In this document: piece by piece, positions 13,085-25,815 of the stretch
Position numbering within the stretch: position 1 is the stretch's first letter
How the letters are laid out: every line of letters starts with the position of its first letter
NCBI RefSeq assembly: GCF_006345805.1
Contig: NC_043017.1
Coordinates: forward strand, 30,256,001 to 30,320,000
Source: Octopus sinensis
Lineage: Eukaryota
Reading direction: 5' to 3'
DNA: 64,000 nucleotides
Translations under genes and position numbers: made by a program
Notes under the pieces: model-generated
What the model saw: the letters and a program-made list of their open reading frames with translations, nothing else
Told to the model about the DNA's origin: nothing
Databases searched by the model: none

Positions 13085-13600
13085 TGTAGAGAAATGTAAA
13101 TAGAATAAGAAGAGAGTATAATATAGTAGATATACAAGGATAGGTTGCGAGGAAATTTGATAAATATATAAAGATTTATATAGAGATTATGGAAGAGAAA
13201 ATAATAGAAATTGTGAACAATGTGTATGAGAGAGAATATAAGATAGATTGTTACAACTTTAGAGGGATAAATTATAAAGGAAAATATATAGATATTAATA
13301 GAGAGAGGGGACAATGAAATAGTGACATTATACAATAAGAAATGAAATGATAGAGGAAGTACTGAGACAAGTTGAAATGGGAAATAAATTGAGAGAAGCT
13401 TAACAAGATATAGAAGAAATGAAGCCAACGAAATTGAAGCAATGAAAATATTCATATCTAACGAAAACGACGATCTAGAAAGATTGATTAGTTTCGAAGA
13501 CATTGTGGAGGGAAGAATGAAACAAAATGGTGGAAATAGCAAATATAGACTTAAAATTGCTAGAGTGTGCACATTTATGAGTTTAACGACTCTCTGATTA
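13085..13600 (+). pseudogene. Possible heavily decayed PLE-type reverse transcriptase fragment
   Basis: A plus frame with stops reads ARKFDKYI...NNVYEREYKI...INYKGKYIDI...IVTLYNKK*ND. The spacing is reminiscent of PLE RT RYxDD...IYPxEL...YLDLxI...TxLYxKxxD. Confidence 0.35.
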
Positions 13601-14749
13601 TGTATGTGTTTATATGTCTGTCTGTATTTTTGATAGAAGAGAGCCAGAATTATAATAAGAAAGTTAAGCAATAAAGTGGGGATCATTCTTTATTTATGAG
13701 AAATGTTTCTTGAGTTAATGTCGTTGGAATAAGCAGTAGGTTATGGTTAAATTATCCTCATTGGCATTGGGTTTGATTTATATGTGAAAGGCTGCTTATT
13801 GACCCTCTGCCAACAGCACCACAACCATCAATAACATCAATATAAACACTAATATCCACAAAACCGATATCATCATCACCATCACCATAAATATTTAGAG
13901 CAACACACACACACAGCTACATACATACGACCGAGAACATCACTGACATCATACAACCAGCAGCAAAAGCTCCATTGATTGAATTTTTAATATGATTTCC
14001 ACTTTTCCTATTCACATTTCTATGATAGAAGAAATAAAGCTATAACCTCCACACAGGAGCCTTTCAAATCCAAGATGACACCCGATAATATATGTCAGTC
14101 CTAACCACGGATGATATGTAATATCCATTCATTCACTGCAAAGATATGACAAACTTGAATGTAACATAAATAGATGCTTTAAATGTAAATATCGCAAATA
14201 AAACTCAACAAGAGGGGAAAAAAGTATTAACATAATAGAAAACATTGTTCAGTTCTACCGACAGAAAGAAAGAGCAGCCAATTCTTCTGAAACATATCGT
14301 CAACCCTGAGAATGGAAAGGACATATACGGCATCAAAAGCTCTTCTAAGATTAAATGTAAGCTGCATGATTGATTATCAGAATATGCTTCATCATGGGTT
14401 TCCTTCCTCTCAGCTGATACAGGGCTAAGCAACAACACCAGTATAATAAACGTTTATTACCTGTCCTTTCATACACCCAGGGTATATATATCAAATACTG
14501 CGCCCAAACCATTTACCACACCACGTCAGAAACATTAAGCACGCCATTTAACGAAACGATTTGCTATTACTTGCTTGTATGCGTGTGAGAGAAAATTATG
14601 TATGACTACATTTATATGTGAAACTGAGCAAAATTATTGTAACAGCTTAGTGATTTAACGTGACAGATGTAATAAACGTGTATTAAGAGTGCTGTTATAT
14701 GTGATTCGGTTTTTACATTCAATAAACAAACTCTAAATATTTTTCAACA

Positions 14750-14913
14750 TGGCGGAGGAGGGGCTGTGTGATAAGAAGCCTGCTTCGTAACCACATGGTT
14801 CCGGGTTTAGTCCCACTGCGTGGCACCTTGGGCAAGGGCCTTCTACTATAGCCTCGGACCGACCAACTCCTTATTAGCAAATTTGGTGGACGGAAACTGA
14901 AATAAGCCCGTCG
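14750..14913 (+). mobile_element. SINE family A, 5' half
   Basis: Head through gcccgtcg, ending at the microsatellite slot. Confidence 0.85.
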
Positions 14914-15494
14914 AATTTATTAGTATGTATCGGCCACCGTGGAAAATGCTGTTTAAGTATTATTATTATTATTAGCAAGCGAGAAATGAAAATGTAACCG
15001 TGATATAAAAGAAACCATGAAATTCTAAAGAACATAAAAGACATCCCTAAAATAGAGCAGTTTTTTTTAAAGACATCCCTAAAAATAGGCGAAAAACAGA
15101 GCTATAGTAATGAAGTAAACGTGGAAAGAGACATAACTAAATAAGAGGAGGTTAACCAACCCTTAAATTACAAATGTAAAAATCAAAAAATGTACGGTAT
15201 GTAACGCTTTGTAATTTGTGACAAGAAACTCCAGTTTCAAGCTGGTAAGATTATAGTCGTATAATATTATCGGAGATGAATATTTATGATTAATATAAGA
15301 GAGGGTACCTACAAGTAACCGGAAAAGTTCTTTATTGAACAAGCCCATTGGAGCTTTGTATTCTGCTGCTAGATGCCACTTGATACAAACCTCAGGCATC
15401 AGTCTGCTAATCATCAACTTCAAGTTCAGTCGTACTGCTATGTCGTGCGTCTTTGATTTACAGTACTTCTCCCTTGTTTGTCGATTTTCGCGAA

Positions 15495-15872
15495 GACCGA
15501 AACGAAGGAACAGGCTGCTTCCGGGAAATTCTGCTTTCCGCTGGGGATGGGGATAAAGACGGCCAAAACAGCTGTCATGCTTTCAAACAGCTTGCTGCGA
15601 TGCTGCTATGAGCAAAACACAAGTTTAGGAGTGGTTTTCACACTTTTGGAATGGTTACTTGTCGTTTGAACACCAATTGTGTACGGGGCGAACATCAACC
15701 TCCTGAACTAATGAAAACATCAGGGAAATTCATGCACTGATCTTGGTGGACCGTCGCTGAATAATTGATGAAACTATTGATATTAGTGTGGTGTCCTGGA
15801 GCTCCTGCCTACGACTTTTGTGCGAGGAATTGCGAATGGGAAGAGTTGCAACTAATCTTGTGGCACGTTTGC
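15495..15872 (+). pseudogene. Decayed mariner (Tc1/mariner) transposase N-terminal HTH region
   Basis: Translation across frameshifts and stops gives KEQ...KFCF.LG...AMSKTQV*EWFSHF...GRTSTS*TNENI...LILVDRR...LRMGRVATNLVARL, matching the mariner GRPST...DRR...KFVPR.L layout. Confidence 0.8.
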
Positions 15873-16409
15873 ATGATTTATAACAACAAAAATGTACTTA
15901 AAGGACATCGTTCTGCAGATGTCGAAGTGTTGAAGAAATAAACGACGAAGGTTTTAAAAGCATCACTTTCTAAGAGTTCCACTACTTCTTCGAACGCTAG
16001 AAAACGCATCTGAATCGATACATTCCTGCAACTGGAGACTACATTCTAGGCAATAAAAGTGAAAAAAGGAAACATTTTGTGAATAATAAAATATTGCAAA
16101 ATTCCGGTTTCTTTTGGGTATGCCCTCGTTTAATTGAATATTTTTCAGCAAGAATCGTGTGTGGGCGCTTAATCTGCAGGAATACGTTTAATTGCTGTTA
16201 GACAAGTAATAACGTAAGTGCTCTTAAATTCAAGTTACGTGCTCTTCGCCCGAAATTGCGAAATATATTTATATATATATATATATAACAAAGTAAAGAT
16301 GTAAGACGCCGTACGAATGGAAATATATATGAAAGAAGCTTTGAAAATGTAATTTTAAAGATATTTATTCAGTTTTACTTGTTTAGAAAGACATTGTCAA
16401 ATGTAAAAT

Positions 16410-16700
16410 GTAAAGCCCAGTACTTATTCTATCGCTAAGTTACGGACGTAAACACACCAGCTTCGGTTGTAAAGCGATGTTGGTGAGGACAAACACAGAC
16501 ATACAAACACTCCCACACGCAAATATATATATATATACGACAGAATTCTTTCAGTATCTGTCTACCAAATACACTCACAAAACTTTGGTAGGCCCGAGGC
16601 TATAGTAGGAAACACATACCAAAGATGCCACGCAGTGGGACTGAACCCGGAACAACGTGGTTCGTAAGCAAGCTACATACCGCACAGCAACTCCTGTGCC
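16410..16700 (-). mobile_element. SINE family A, 3'-truncated
   Basis: Homology to the other A copies. Confidence 0.85.
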
Positions 16701-16914
16701 CATATACAAATGATTTGTAATTACAAAATAAATATTACATATGCTTCGTAAATTGAAATAGTATATGTGTATAGATTACCTTTATATGCGAAACAACGTA
16801 GGCTTATGCTAACAAATCTTATCAGTTAATCCTATAGTTCTAATCAATTTATTTCAAGAATCATAAATACAAATGAATTAATATATGTTAAGTCTATTAA
16901 TATGAGTGTACGTT

Positions 16915-17160
16915 TAGCATAGCACGGTGGTTAGACCGTCAGGGTCACAACTATGCGATAGTGAATTCGATTCCCGGAACGGGTTGTGAGTTGTGTTCTT
17001 GAGTAACACACATTCTTTCACGTTGCCTCAGTTCACTCAGCTCTACACAGCCGTTGCAATATCACTGGTGCCAAGCTGTATCAGCCTTTCCACTGGATAA
17101 CATCGGTGGCGTGAAGACGGGAAGCCTGTATGCATGAGCGACTTCTGGTCTTCTCCTGAT
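16915..17160 (+). mobile_element. Older tRNA-derived SINE, family C
   Basis: A-box-like TAGCACGGTGG, B-box-like GAATTCGATTCC and CORE-like gtgttcttgagtaacaca. Related pieces lie at 32675-32860 (-) and 35080-35237 (+). Confidence 0.6.
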
Positions 17161-17204
17161 AAATATGAGAAGACAGGCGGATGAACGACAAACAAGTGCA
17201 TTAA

Positions 17205-17325
17205 TTTGAGGCTCTGGAAAATGAAAAAGGCTTCTACATTTCGATCTTACGCTCTTGAACAGAAAGGAATAAGAGAAAATTGACAGAGAGAGAATGAAAA
17301 AACTTGTAGATTTCAGCGGTTCATA
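17205..17325 (-). mobile_element. Family P1 PLE-like module, decayed
   Basis: Minus strand ctttctgttcaagagcgtaagatcgaaatgtagaag is homologous to the 23290-23323 HHR variant. Confidence 0.5.
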
Positions 17326-17382
17326 TAGATGTGTGTGTGTGTACGTATGTGTATATATGCATGTATATATATATATATATAA

Positions 17383-17413
<31 letters not shown>

Positions 17414-17417
17414 TATA

Positions 17418-17808
17418 AAGGGCGGAGGAACTCTTGAGAGTCAACGGCCATCCAATAAATGCCTTATGGCTGTATCATGCGCGGGGACATAGAAATAATC
17501 AGATCGAATACCCGATCGCGCAGTTAATCCATTGGGAGTGAAGGACTCCTAGATTTTGTTAGGGCATCCTTCTAGGAGAAGGTAACTCAGGTAACTGGGA
17601 TAACTCCGACGTAAATCTGCGGCTCAGTGGTTACCGATGATGTTGACTTGTTGTTCTTTTCGGATTATGGCTGCTGTTGCTTAGTGAGTGCGATTGACTA
17701 AGTGCACAGCTTTTCCTCACTTTAAAAAAAATATTGCACAAGCATTGCACGATAACAACATTGATTGAGCTTCGTGCAATGGCCATACTCGATAACGAGG
17801 GGCAGCCA

Positions 17809-17810
<2 letters not shown>
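17418..17810 (+). mobile_element. Short non-autonomous RTE-derived (bipartite) retroelement
   Basis: The last 43 bp (17768-17810) match the 3' end of the RTE LINE at 51910-51953 with one mismatch and one indel. Internal ggcatccttctaggagaaggtaactc (17563-17588) resembles RTE 5'-UTR motifs. Flanked by (TA)n. Confidence 0.75.
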
Positions 17811-17848
<38 letters not shown>

Positions 17849-18293
17849 AGAGAGAGAGAGAGAGCAAGATAGAGAGAGATACAGACATACAGACAGGCAG
17901 AAAGGCAGACAGACAGGCAGAAAGGCAGACAGGCAGGCAGGCAGACAGACAGGCAGGCAGACATACACGCTTGTGTGTGGAATTTAATTTGTTGGCTTTA
18001 AACCGTTTCGTAATGGCTCCAAAAAACAAGGGAAATGACGACCGAATATATGATGGTGTTCATCTAAAATTCTATCTGCGAAATGACACAATTTGAGTAT
18101 CCTGCTGTGGTGAGAAACAAGGATGTATCATTGCTGTTCTTTGAAGTGGAACCGTGAAAAGCACAAGAGATTGTTAATTGGTAAAATTTATCTGTTTTTG
18201 GCATTCCAATACTTAAATATTTACTCCTGTTTTGCCTACAATTCCAGTCGACGATTATAGCTTGCGGTTTATGTGTGAATGTAAACGCAGAAT

Positions 18294-18684
18294 GGCGCAG
18301 GAGTGGCTGTGTGGTAAGTAGCTTGCTTACCAACCACATGGTTCCGGGTTGTGGCACCATGGGCAAGTGTCTTCTACTATAGCCCCGGGCCGACCAAAGC
18401 CTTGTGAGTGGATTTGGTAGACGGAAACTGAAAGAAGCCCGTCGTATATATGTATATATGTGTGCGTGTGTATGTGTGTGTCTGTGTTTGTCCCCCTAGC
18501 ATTGCTTGACAACCGATGCTGGTGTGTTTATGTCCCCGTCACTTAGCGGTTCGGCAAAAGAGACCGATGGAATAAGTACTGGGCTTACAAAGAATAAGTT
18601 CCGGGTTCGAGTTGCTCGACTAAAGGCGGTGCTCCAGCATGGCCGCAGTCAACTGCCAGAAACAAGTAAAAGAGAGAGAGTAAG
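18294..18684 (+). mobile_element. SINE family A
   Basis: Homology to the other A copies, with a small deletion after the B box. Confidence 0.92.
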
Positions 18685-18989
18685 AGCTTCTCCTTCATTT
18701 ATTTTGTTCCCTTTGATTTTTTTTCCTTTTCGGGTTTTTGTTTCCGTATAATGAACAGCTGGTAATAACGTGTTGGAGAAATGTTAATGATATGTTCAAC
18801 TCGTGATAAGAAGCTTGCTTCGCAACTCCGTGGTTTCGGTTTCAGTCCCACTGTGTGACACTTTGGGCAAGAGCCATCTACCATAATCCCAGGATCTTTG
18901 CGGTTACCGTCACTGCATGCCGAAATCTTGAAAAGAAAATTTTAAAGTGTCTTATAGATGTAATTCTTGACACGGAATCCGATTTTGTT

Positions 18990-19235
18990 ACTCTTTACTC
19001 TTACTTGTTTCAGTCATTTGACTGCGGCCATGCTGGAGCACCGCCTTTAGTGGAGCAAATCGACCCCGAGACTTCTCCTTTGTAAGCCTAGTACTTATTC
19101 TATCGGTCTCTTTTGCCGAACCGCTAGGTGACGGGGACGTAAACACACCAGCATCGGTTGTCACGCAAAGCTAGGAGGACAAACACAGACACAAAAACAT
19201 ATACACATACATACATAAATATATATATATACATA

Positions 19236-19289
<54 letters not shown>

Positions 19290-19296
19290 TATATAT

Positions 19297-19329
<33 letters not shown>

Positions 19330-19346
19330 TATACATATATATATAT

Positions 19347-19398
<52 letters not shown>

Positions 19399-19586
19399 TA
19401 TATATATATATATATACATATATACGACAGGCTTCTTTCAGTTTCCGTCTACCAAATCCACTCACAAGGCTTTGATCGGCCCGAGGCTATAGTAGAAGAC
19501 ACTTGCCCAAGGTGCCACGCAGTGGGACTGAACCCGGAACCATGTGGTTGGTTAGCAAGCTACTTACCCCACAGCCACTCCTGCAC
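18990..19586 (-). mobile_element. SINE family A with ~230-bp internal AT microsatellite
   Basis: Homology to the other A copies; internal repeat at ~19195-19425. Confidence 0.92.
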
Positions 19587-20205
19587 CTGTTATTCAGTTA
19601 TTCCAGGAAAAGTTAGCGAAAATGTTACAGGTGATCAAAATTCGATAATATTCACAATTTTCAGTCGATCAGAAAACAGCGCGTTCGCTGCCCTTCCCAT
19701 CATCTGCCGCAGTAGCGAGAAAGGTGGTTGTAGTGGTGGTGATGGGACCGACATGTCAAAACATTAAACTAGCTTCAGTAAATACTGAAAAACATTTATA
19801 GATTGGTGAGCAAATCAAATATTTAAAGTCACAAGCAAACAGACAGGAATTGCTAGAAATAACAGCCAAAACATTAAAATATGCACGAGCAAAGTAAACA
19901 GTAAACGGTAAATAACATTAAAACATTCGTGAGCTAAGTAAATATTTAAAAGCTACGAGAAAATGAACAGGAGTTGCTAGAAATGACAGTGATAACATTG
20001 CTAAAAACAGATATTAGCTAGTTTTAAAAATTCAAGAACGGAAGATTTCAATACAATCTGGGATTTTATCAAATAAATTATCTTTCACATATCTTCTTCT
20101 CTACATAAATTTACAAAGATAAGAGTCAACCATGGAACGGTGTGTCTCACGCCGGCGTTTATTTTCTCTCCGCGTTTTAAAGATGCCCAGCTACTCTTAC
20201 TTTTG

Positions 20206-20219
20206 GTTACTATGGAAAC
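20206..20219. promoter_or_regulatory. Candidate RFX X-box
   Basis: GTTACTATGGAAAC fits the GTTNCCATGGNAAC palindromic X-box with one mismatch, and lies in non-repetitive, locally CpG-containing sequence. Confidence 0.3.
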
Positions 20220-20435
20220 AGAGTTCTTCGCAACCGGCTATGCTAACAGAACTTCACGGGGATGTATAAAATACTTGTTTCTGATGAGCAAAAATACTCA
20301 AATTTTGAAAAATCTAAATGCTAATATTTTAGCTATGATTTTATAGGGAAAGTGAATTTCATTAATCCATATACTAAATTTGAAAATCAATTGGTAGAAG
20401 ATTCTAGACAGTGAGAATAGCCACAAAAATGTCTA

Positions 20436-20825
20436 ATCCCGAGTCGACAAAATCATTTGGAATGGATTCGGTAGACGGAGACAAAGAAAAAACAGCCGTG
20501 TACATGTATACATATATATATATATGTTTGTATGTGTGTGTGTGAGAGAGAGTTTGTGGTTATGTGTGTGTGTGAGAGAGAGAGAGAAAGAGAGAGAGTT
20601 TGCGGTTGTGTCTTTCTGTCTGTGTTTGCCCTCCACCACACACTGCTTGGCAACCGGTGTTGGTGTGATTACATCTCCATAACTTGGCGTCTCATGTGTA
20701 AAGAAACATATAGAGTAAGTATCAGGTTTTAAAACAAAAAGTAGTGGCGTCGATTCATTAGAATTCTAGCTCGTCAATTTGGCACCCCAGTATCACTGAA
20801 TTCTAAATACCTAAAAAGGTAAAAA
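20436..20825 (+). mobile_element. SINE family A, old and 5'-truncated
   Basis: ggtagacggag...tgtgtttgccc...caaccggtgttggtgtg...ccccagtat...; diverged homology. Confidence 0.7.
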
Positions 20826-20896
20826 TTATGTATATATGTGTGCGTGTGTATGTGTGTGCGTGTGTGTATGTGTGTGTTCATACCCACACAAGCATA

Positions 20897-21294
20897 TCTT
20901 TATATATAAAAGTGAAGTTGTGTGTGTGTCTCCTACGATTTAGATTCCTAACTACTCCCACATTTTGCAGTGCAGTGTAACCAAAACCGGGTATCTTATA
21001 GTCGTGATTCATATCAAGCCCTTCTGAGTATTAGCGCGCGTCTACGATGAGTTTACGATTAAAAAAAAAAGAAATTACCATAATTGTTTCCATTTTTAAT
21101 GCATTTTTTTTGCTATTATATAAGGGAAGTAACTCTCTAAAATTGTATTATTAAATCTCAGAACGTAAAAAGCTACAGTAACACCACCCTTTGTGGTTAG
21201 CCATATTGTGATGGCTATTATACTTTACATCTCTAAAAATGCTTATATAGTTATTTCCCTTACAAACCCGAGCAACGCCGGGCGATACTGCTAG
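20897..21294 (+). mobile_element. Non-autonomous Helitron, family H1
   Basis: A|TCTTTATATATAAAAGTGAAG ... CCCGAGCAACGCCGGG-CGATACTG-CTAG|T gives the canonical Helitron termini and AT target. Confidence 0.88.
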
Positions 21295-21919
21295 TTTACA
21301 TATAAACGCATACGCACTTAAGCTCGCTCATCAGTTCTCCACTCGTATACTCGAATCTACACATACAATTTTATAACGAGTTGTGCGTCTCTATAAGAAT
21401 GATATAACAATGAACATCTTGTACTAAGACTCGTTTTATATGAATTCTTCACAGCTATTTACAGCTTCATTCCCACGCCTGACCGAACATCAAACGATAA
21501 CAATATGCCTACATCACGCCGAAATAATTCTTAATAAGACTTTCAATCTACATACAATCTACAGTTGAATACTTTTCTTAGTTCCTTCTCCAACCAGTCT
21601 TTCTTATACAATTACATCACCAATGTACACCACATGTAATTATATCCATCAATCGACCATCCAAACAAAGAACAAGATACATACCCACACATACATACAT
21701 ACATACCTACAGGAATAGAAATATACCCTGTTTATTTCTAAAATTCTAATGAAGACACTTTATAATCTAGGTTAGAGACAAGTTCTATCTCTATTGGCAA
21801 GAAATCTTGAAACAAAACTGAATAATGATATACGTACACAAAGATACATATATACGTGTGTGTGTGTGTATGTGTGGTTATATATATACATATATAGATA
21901 TATTGATAGATATATACAT

Positions 21920-21960
<41 letters not shown>

Positions 21961-23116
21961 TTTTCATATGCATATACATTGATATATATTTATTTATATA
22001 CGCACACGGACAATTCTCGTATTCTAAAAATACCACCTACAATATAATTATTCCGCATGTGACCCTTCCATATTTTCCCTACGTGTACGTGCATATGATC
22101 CAAGTCTCCATTATTCGATATTTTCCGTTTTAGAGATTGTAGAGTCTGCCTGGATTCTAATTCGGTCGTATTGTCCGGGAGATGAAGGAACGACTACGTA
22201 AAACGTCCATAGAATTTAAGCTAAACTACGTGGTACAATGAATCATTTCGACTGAAAACAAGATAAACAACAGGCTGGAGATGCTGGCGTTCGTTGAAGA
22301 ATAGCACAAAATAAACGCAAATAAGCATTAAAATCTAAAACAACAGTAACTTTATAATAATAACAATACAGTTATAAAATAGACCAATTACTACTACTAC
22401 TACTACTAATAATAATAATAATAACAACAATAATAATAATAATAATGGCCATAAAAATAAAAATATAAAATCTACTACTACTACTACTACTACTAATGAT
22501 GATGAACTTCATTTTAGAAGACAAATGTTAAATCTAGCGAAACATAAAAACAATCTATTTTAATGGTTTTAGGCAGAATTGTGTTTAAATCGATTTAAGA
22601 ATTAGGGAGATTAAGGGATTTAAGAATTAATAATTTCACATAAATAATGGAAAGTTTATCTACATTAACAGAGGTAGTTGTTTTTCGTCCGCGACGCTTC
22701 AATTTCCATTAAGCAATAAAGAGATAGAAAGAAAATCTTATTGTCTCTAAGTGCGCTCATGTTTTGGGTGTATTAAATGCGAAGTTTATCTTTTTTGCAC
22801 TGTAGGGGACTAATAAAAAAAGGAATAAAAATGTCTTTAAAAAACCCCTCATAAATCTATGATTCAAAAGAGTGTAGTTACAGTGAAAGATGTAATTAAT
22901 GGCAGCAGTTCCTTAAGTTCAAGTAAGCGAAGGGATTTATCTAGCATATGAATATGTAATTAATATCTCTATAAGTAGTTCAGAGTCAAAATCACGAGTA
23001 ATAATAAAGTGAAAAATCTGACGAATGTGAATAAGGTCTCGTTAACATTGGTTCTTTCAAGTTTTGAAGAGCATAATCGCGTACTCAGAGAGTACAAATA
23101 TATATATATATATGTG

Positions 23117-23192
<76 letters not shown>

Positions 23193-23198
23193 ATATAT

Positions 23199-23385
23199 AG
23201 GGAGAGTTTACGAAAAAAAAACAAAGACAAAGACAGGTAATGTACAAAGCAAACAGATGTTTAGCATAACGCTCAGGAAGAGACAAGTATTTTACGTTTC
23301 GAGCCTACGCTCTTCTACAGAAAGTGACACAGAAAAAAACAAGGAGAGAAAAAAATGTGTGTAGTAGCTAACGATCTATCATGAC
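23199..23385 (-). mobile_element. Family P1 PLE-like module with variant minimal HHR at 23290-23323
   Basis: Minus strand ttt-CTGTAGA-a-gagc(gtag)gctc-GAAAC-GTA-aaa; the 3' end abuts (TA)n/(TG)n. Confidence 0.62.
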
Positions 23386-23865
23386 ATTTCTTTGGGGTTT
23401 TGAAAATGTACCTGAATCTCAGAAAGTATAGTCGTTTTCAAATTACGTAATGAATTTAATCAAATACCAATATGGTTTGGACATTTTAGATCTATTTTGC
23501 TTTACCACTGTTACACATATGAATAAATTGTTTAGGAGAGTTTAAATTTACAAGGGAAAAACATGTTTAAATGATCAAATATTAAAATGCTCACAGAAAC
23601 TTCAATGGCTTTCAGAGCGACAGATATTAATAAAATCGTAAATGTTCGCTGAAGATTATAACAAATGTACATCATTGAAAGTTCATTCATATTGAGTTTT
23701 TATAACAATATTGGAGAAGAAAGAGTAAAAGGTGGAGAGACAGAAGCAAGATTGTTTTTTAAAATGTCTGTCGTAGTGCGTGAAGTTCTTTTTTCAATTC
23801 TATTCTCAGTGCACTGTTGTCTTATATATAAATATACATACAAGTACACACACACACACACACAC

Positions 23866-23896
<31 letters not shown>

Positions 23897-23897
23897 A

Positions 23898-24252
23898 TTT
23901 AATTGTTTCAGTCATTTGACTGTGGCCTTGCTGGAGTGCCGCCTTCAGTTTAGCAAATCGACCCCAGGACTTATTATTTGTAAGCCTGGTACTTATACTA
24001 TCGGTCTCTTTGCAGAGCCGCTAAGTTACGGGGACATAAACATACCAGCATCGGTTGTCAAGTGATGTTGGGGGGACAAACACAGACACACAAACACACA
24101 CATATACATACATACATATATACGACGGGCTTTCAGTTTCCGTCTAACAAATCCACGTAGAAGACACATCCCCAAGGTGTCACGCAGTGGGATTGGACTC
24201 GGAACCATGTGGTTGGTAAACAAGCTACTTTCCACACATCCACTCCTGCGCC
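23898..24252 (-). mobile_element. SINE family A with internal deletion
   Basis: Homology to the other A copies. Confidence 0.88.
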
Positions 24253-24693
24253 TATTGAAATATATATAAATTCATTTAATTAAACATATATGTGTGTCTG
24301 CGTAATTGTCGGGTTTGAATTTTTCCTTTATGGCATCACATTGCCTCTAGCTGTTTATAAAAATGCTATATATGGATGTGTATATGTATGGATGTATGTA
24401 TGTATTTATGTATGTATTTATGTATGTCCTAAGATCTGATGAGAAAGATGTTTCGAACGCGGTAATGAAACATTCCGTAAGTCATGTGGAATGAAACCTC
24501 TCAAAAATATGAGTAACGTTTGCCAAATATGTTGAGGGTTCCTTCCTTTCTTTGATCACTCACTTTCACGCAATACACACACACACACACACATACAGAC
24601 ACAGACATACATAGACAAATAGACACACGTATACACATATAAACACACACACACACAAATACATATATATACATACAGATACATACACGCGCA

Positions 24694-24739
<46 letters not shown>

Positions 24740-25815
24740 CGTATGTATGTGTGTGTGTGTATACAGAGAAAGAGAGAGGGAGAAAAGAGAGTGATAGATA
24801 GATAGATAGCTAGATAGATAGATAGATGTACATATTCCGAGGTAGTTCTCATTTATTTACATATGAAGCACCGGTCTAAATTCATTCTGATGTATTTTTT
24901 ATGACACATGAACGCACAAACAAAAAATTTAACCGTACGCAGAATAATGCCGAAACCTAATTTCAAATCTTTATATCTGAATAATTATTTCTCGCTTCTG
25001 TAATTTCAAATGAATCTCTCTAATTGTCATCTGAGTTCTCACGTGCGCTTAAGAGAGTATATTGCCTTGGGGGCGTGTTGCTCTTTTGCAAGGGCGTTTG
25101 GCGCATTATCAAAGTGAGGTTGCTTCGTTTCCTGGAACCCAATGGGTGACGATATTTCATCTCATATTGCTGCAGCCTACTAAACAGAAAATGAATACCA
25201 GAGGAATGTCGGCACAAATTTCTTATCCTCCAGTTAGTACACACAGAATGTTTCTCTGTGAAAAGACGAGAGAGTTAAATGCATTTCTATAGAATCTGAA
25301 AAATTAGGAATGGCATGATACATAATTCGAAGCGCTAATCATTTACAATTGATGATTTGTTCTCGAGATCTAATTATAAAATATATATTTGAATTAGACG
25401 AATGATTTGTAAGGAAAATCCTTTGATTGTGTTTTGATCGCCATTCATGCGATTTAGAAACGATTTAAAACGCATTAATTCTGCATAGATTAGTTGCACA
25501 TCTACTTCTTATTTTATAGACGTGATTCAATGAACCGATATGTTATGGGGTATTAAACTGTTGTGTACACGCCCCCAGACGATGAAGTAGGTCAACCCAA
25601 TACGTAGATATAGGGGAAGAAGTTTAGACGTCAAGGCAGACTAGAGTACAGAGAACGGAGTAGTTGAGGCATCCGTACGTGCGACAAAACATAAACAAAG
25701 CGTCATTGGTTGTCCAGAGGTGGAGGAAGAAAGCACCACACGAACATAATCATAAACACACTCACTACAGGCTTCCAGAGAGTTTCTGTCATTCAATTGC
25801 ACTGACAAGGTATCG

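Noticed and set aside
13081-13686. 201-aa hydrophobic minus-strand ORF suggesting a membrane protein or NUMT
   Set aside because: It is the antisense shadow of a purine-rich strand, and no mitochondrial protein motifs were recognised.
22134-22197. Possible 64-bp exon (ttttccgttttag ... gtaaaa; IVESAWILIRSYCPGDEGTT)
   Set aside because: Weak donor site, no recognisable protein and no partner exons.
24431-24470. HHR-like CTGATGA-gaaa(gatg)tttc-GAAC
   Set aside because: It lacks the full GAAA and has only a 2-bp stem I, so it is too weak to call.
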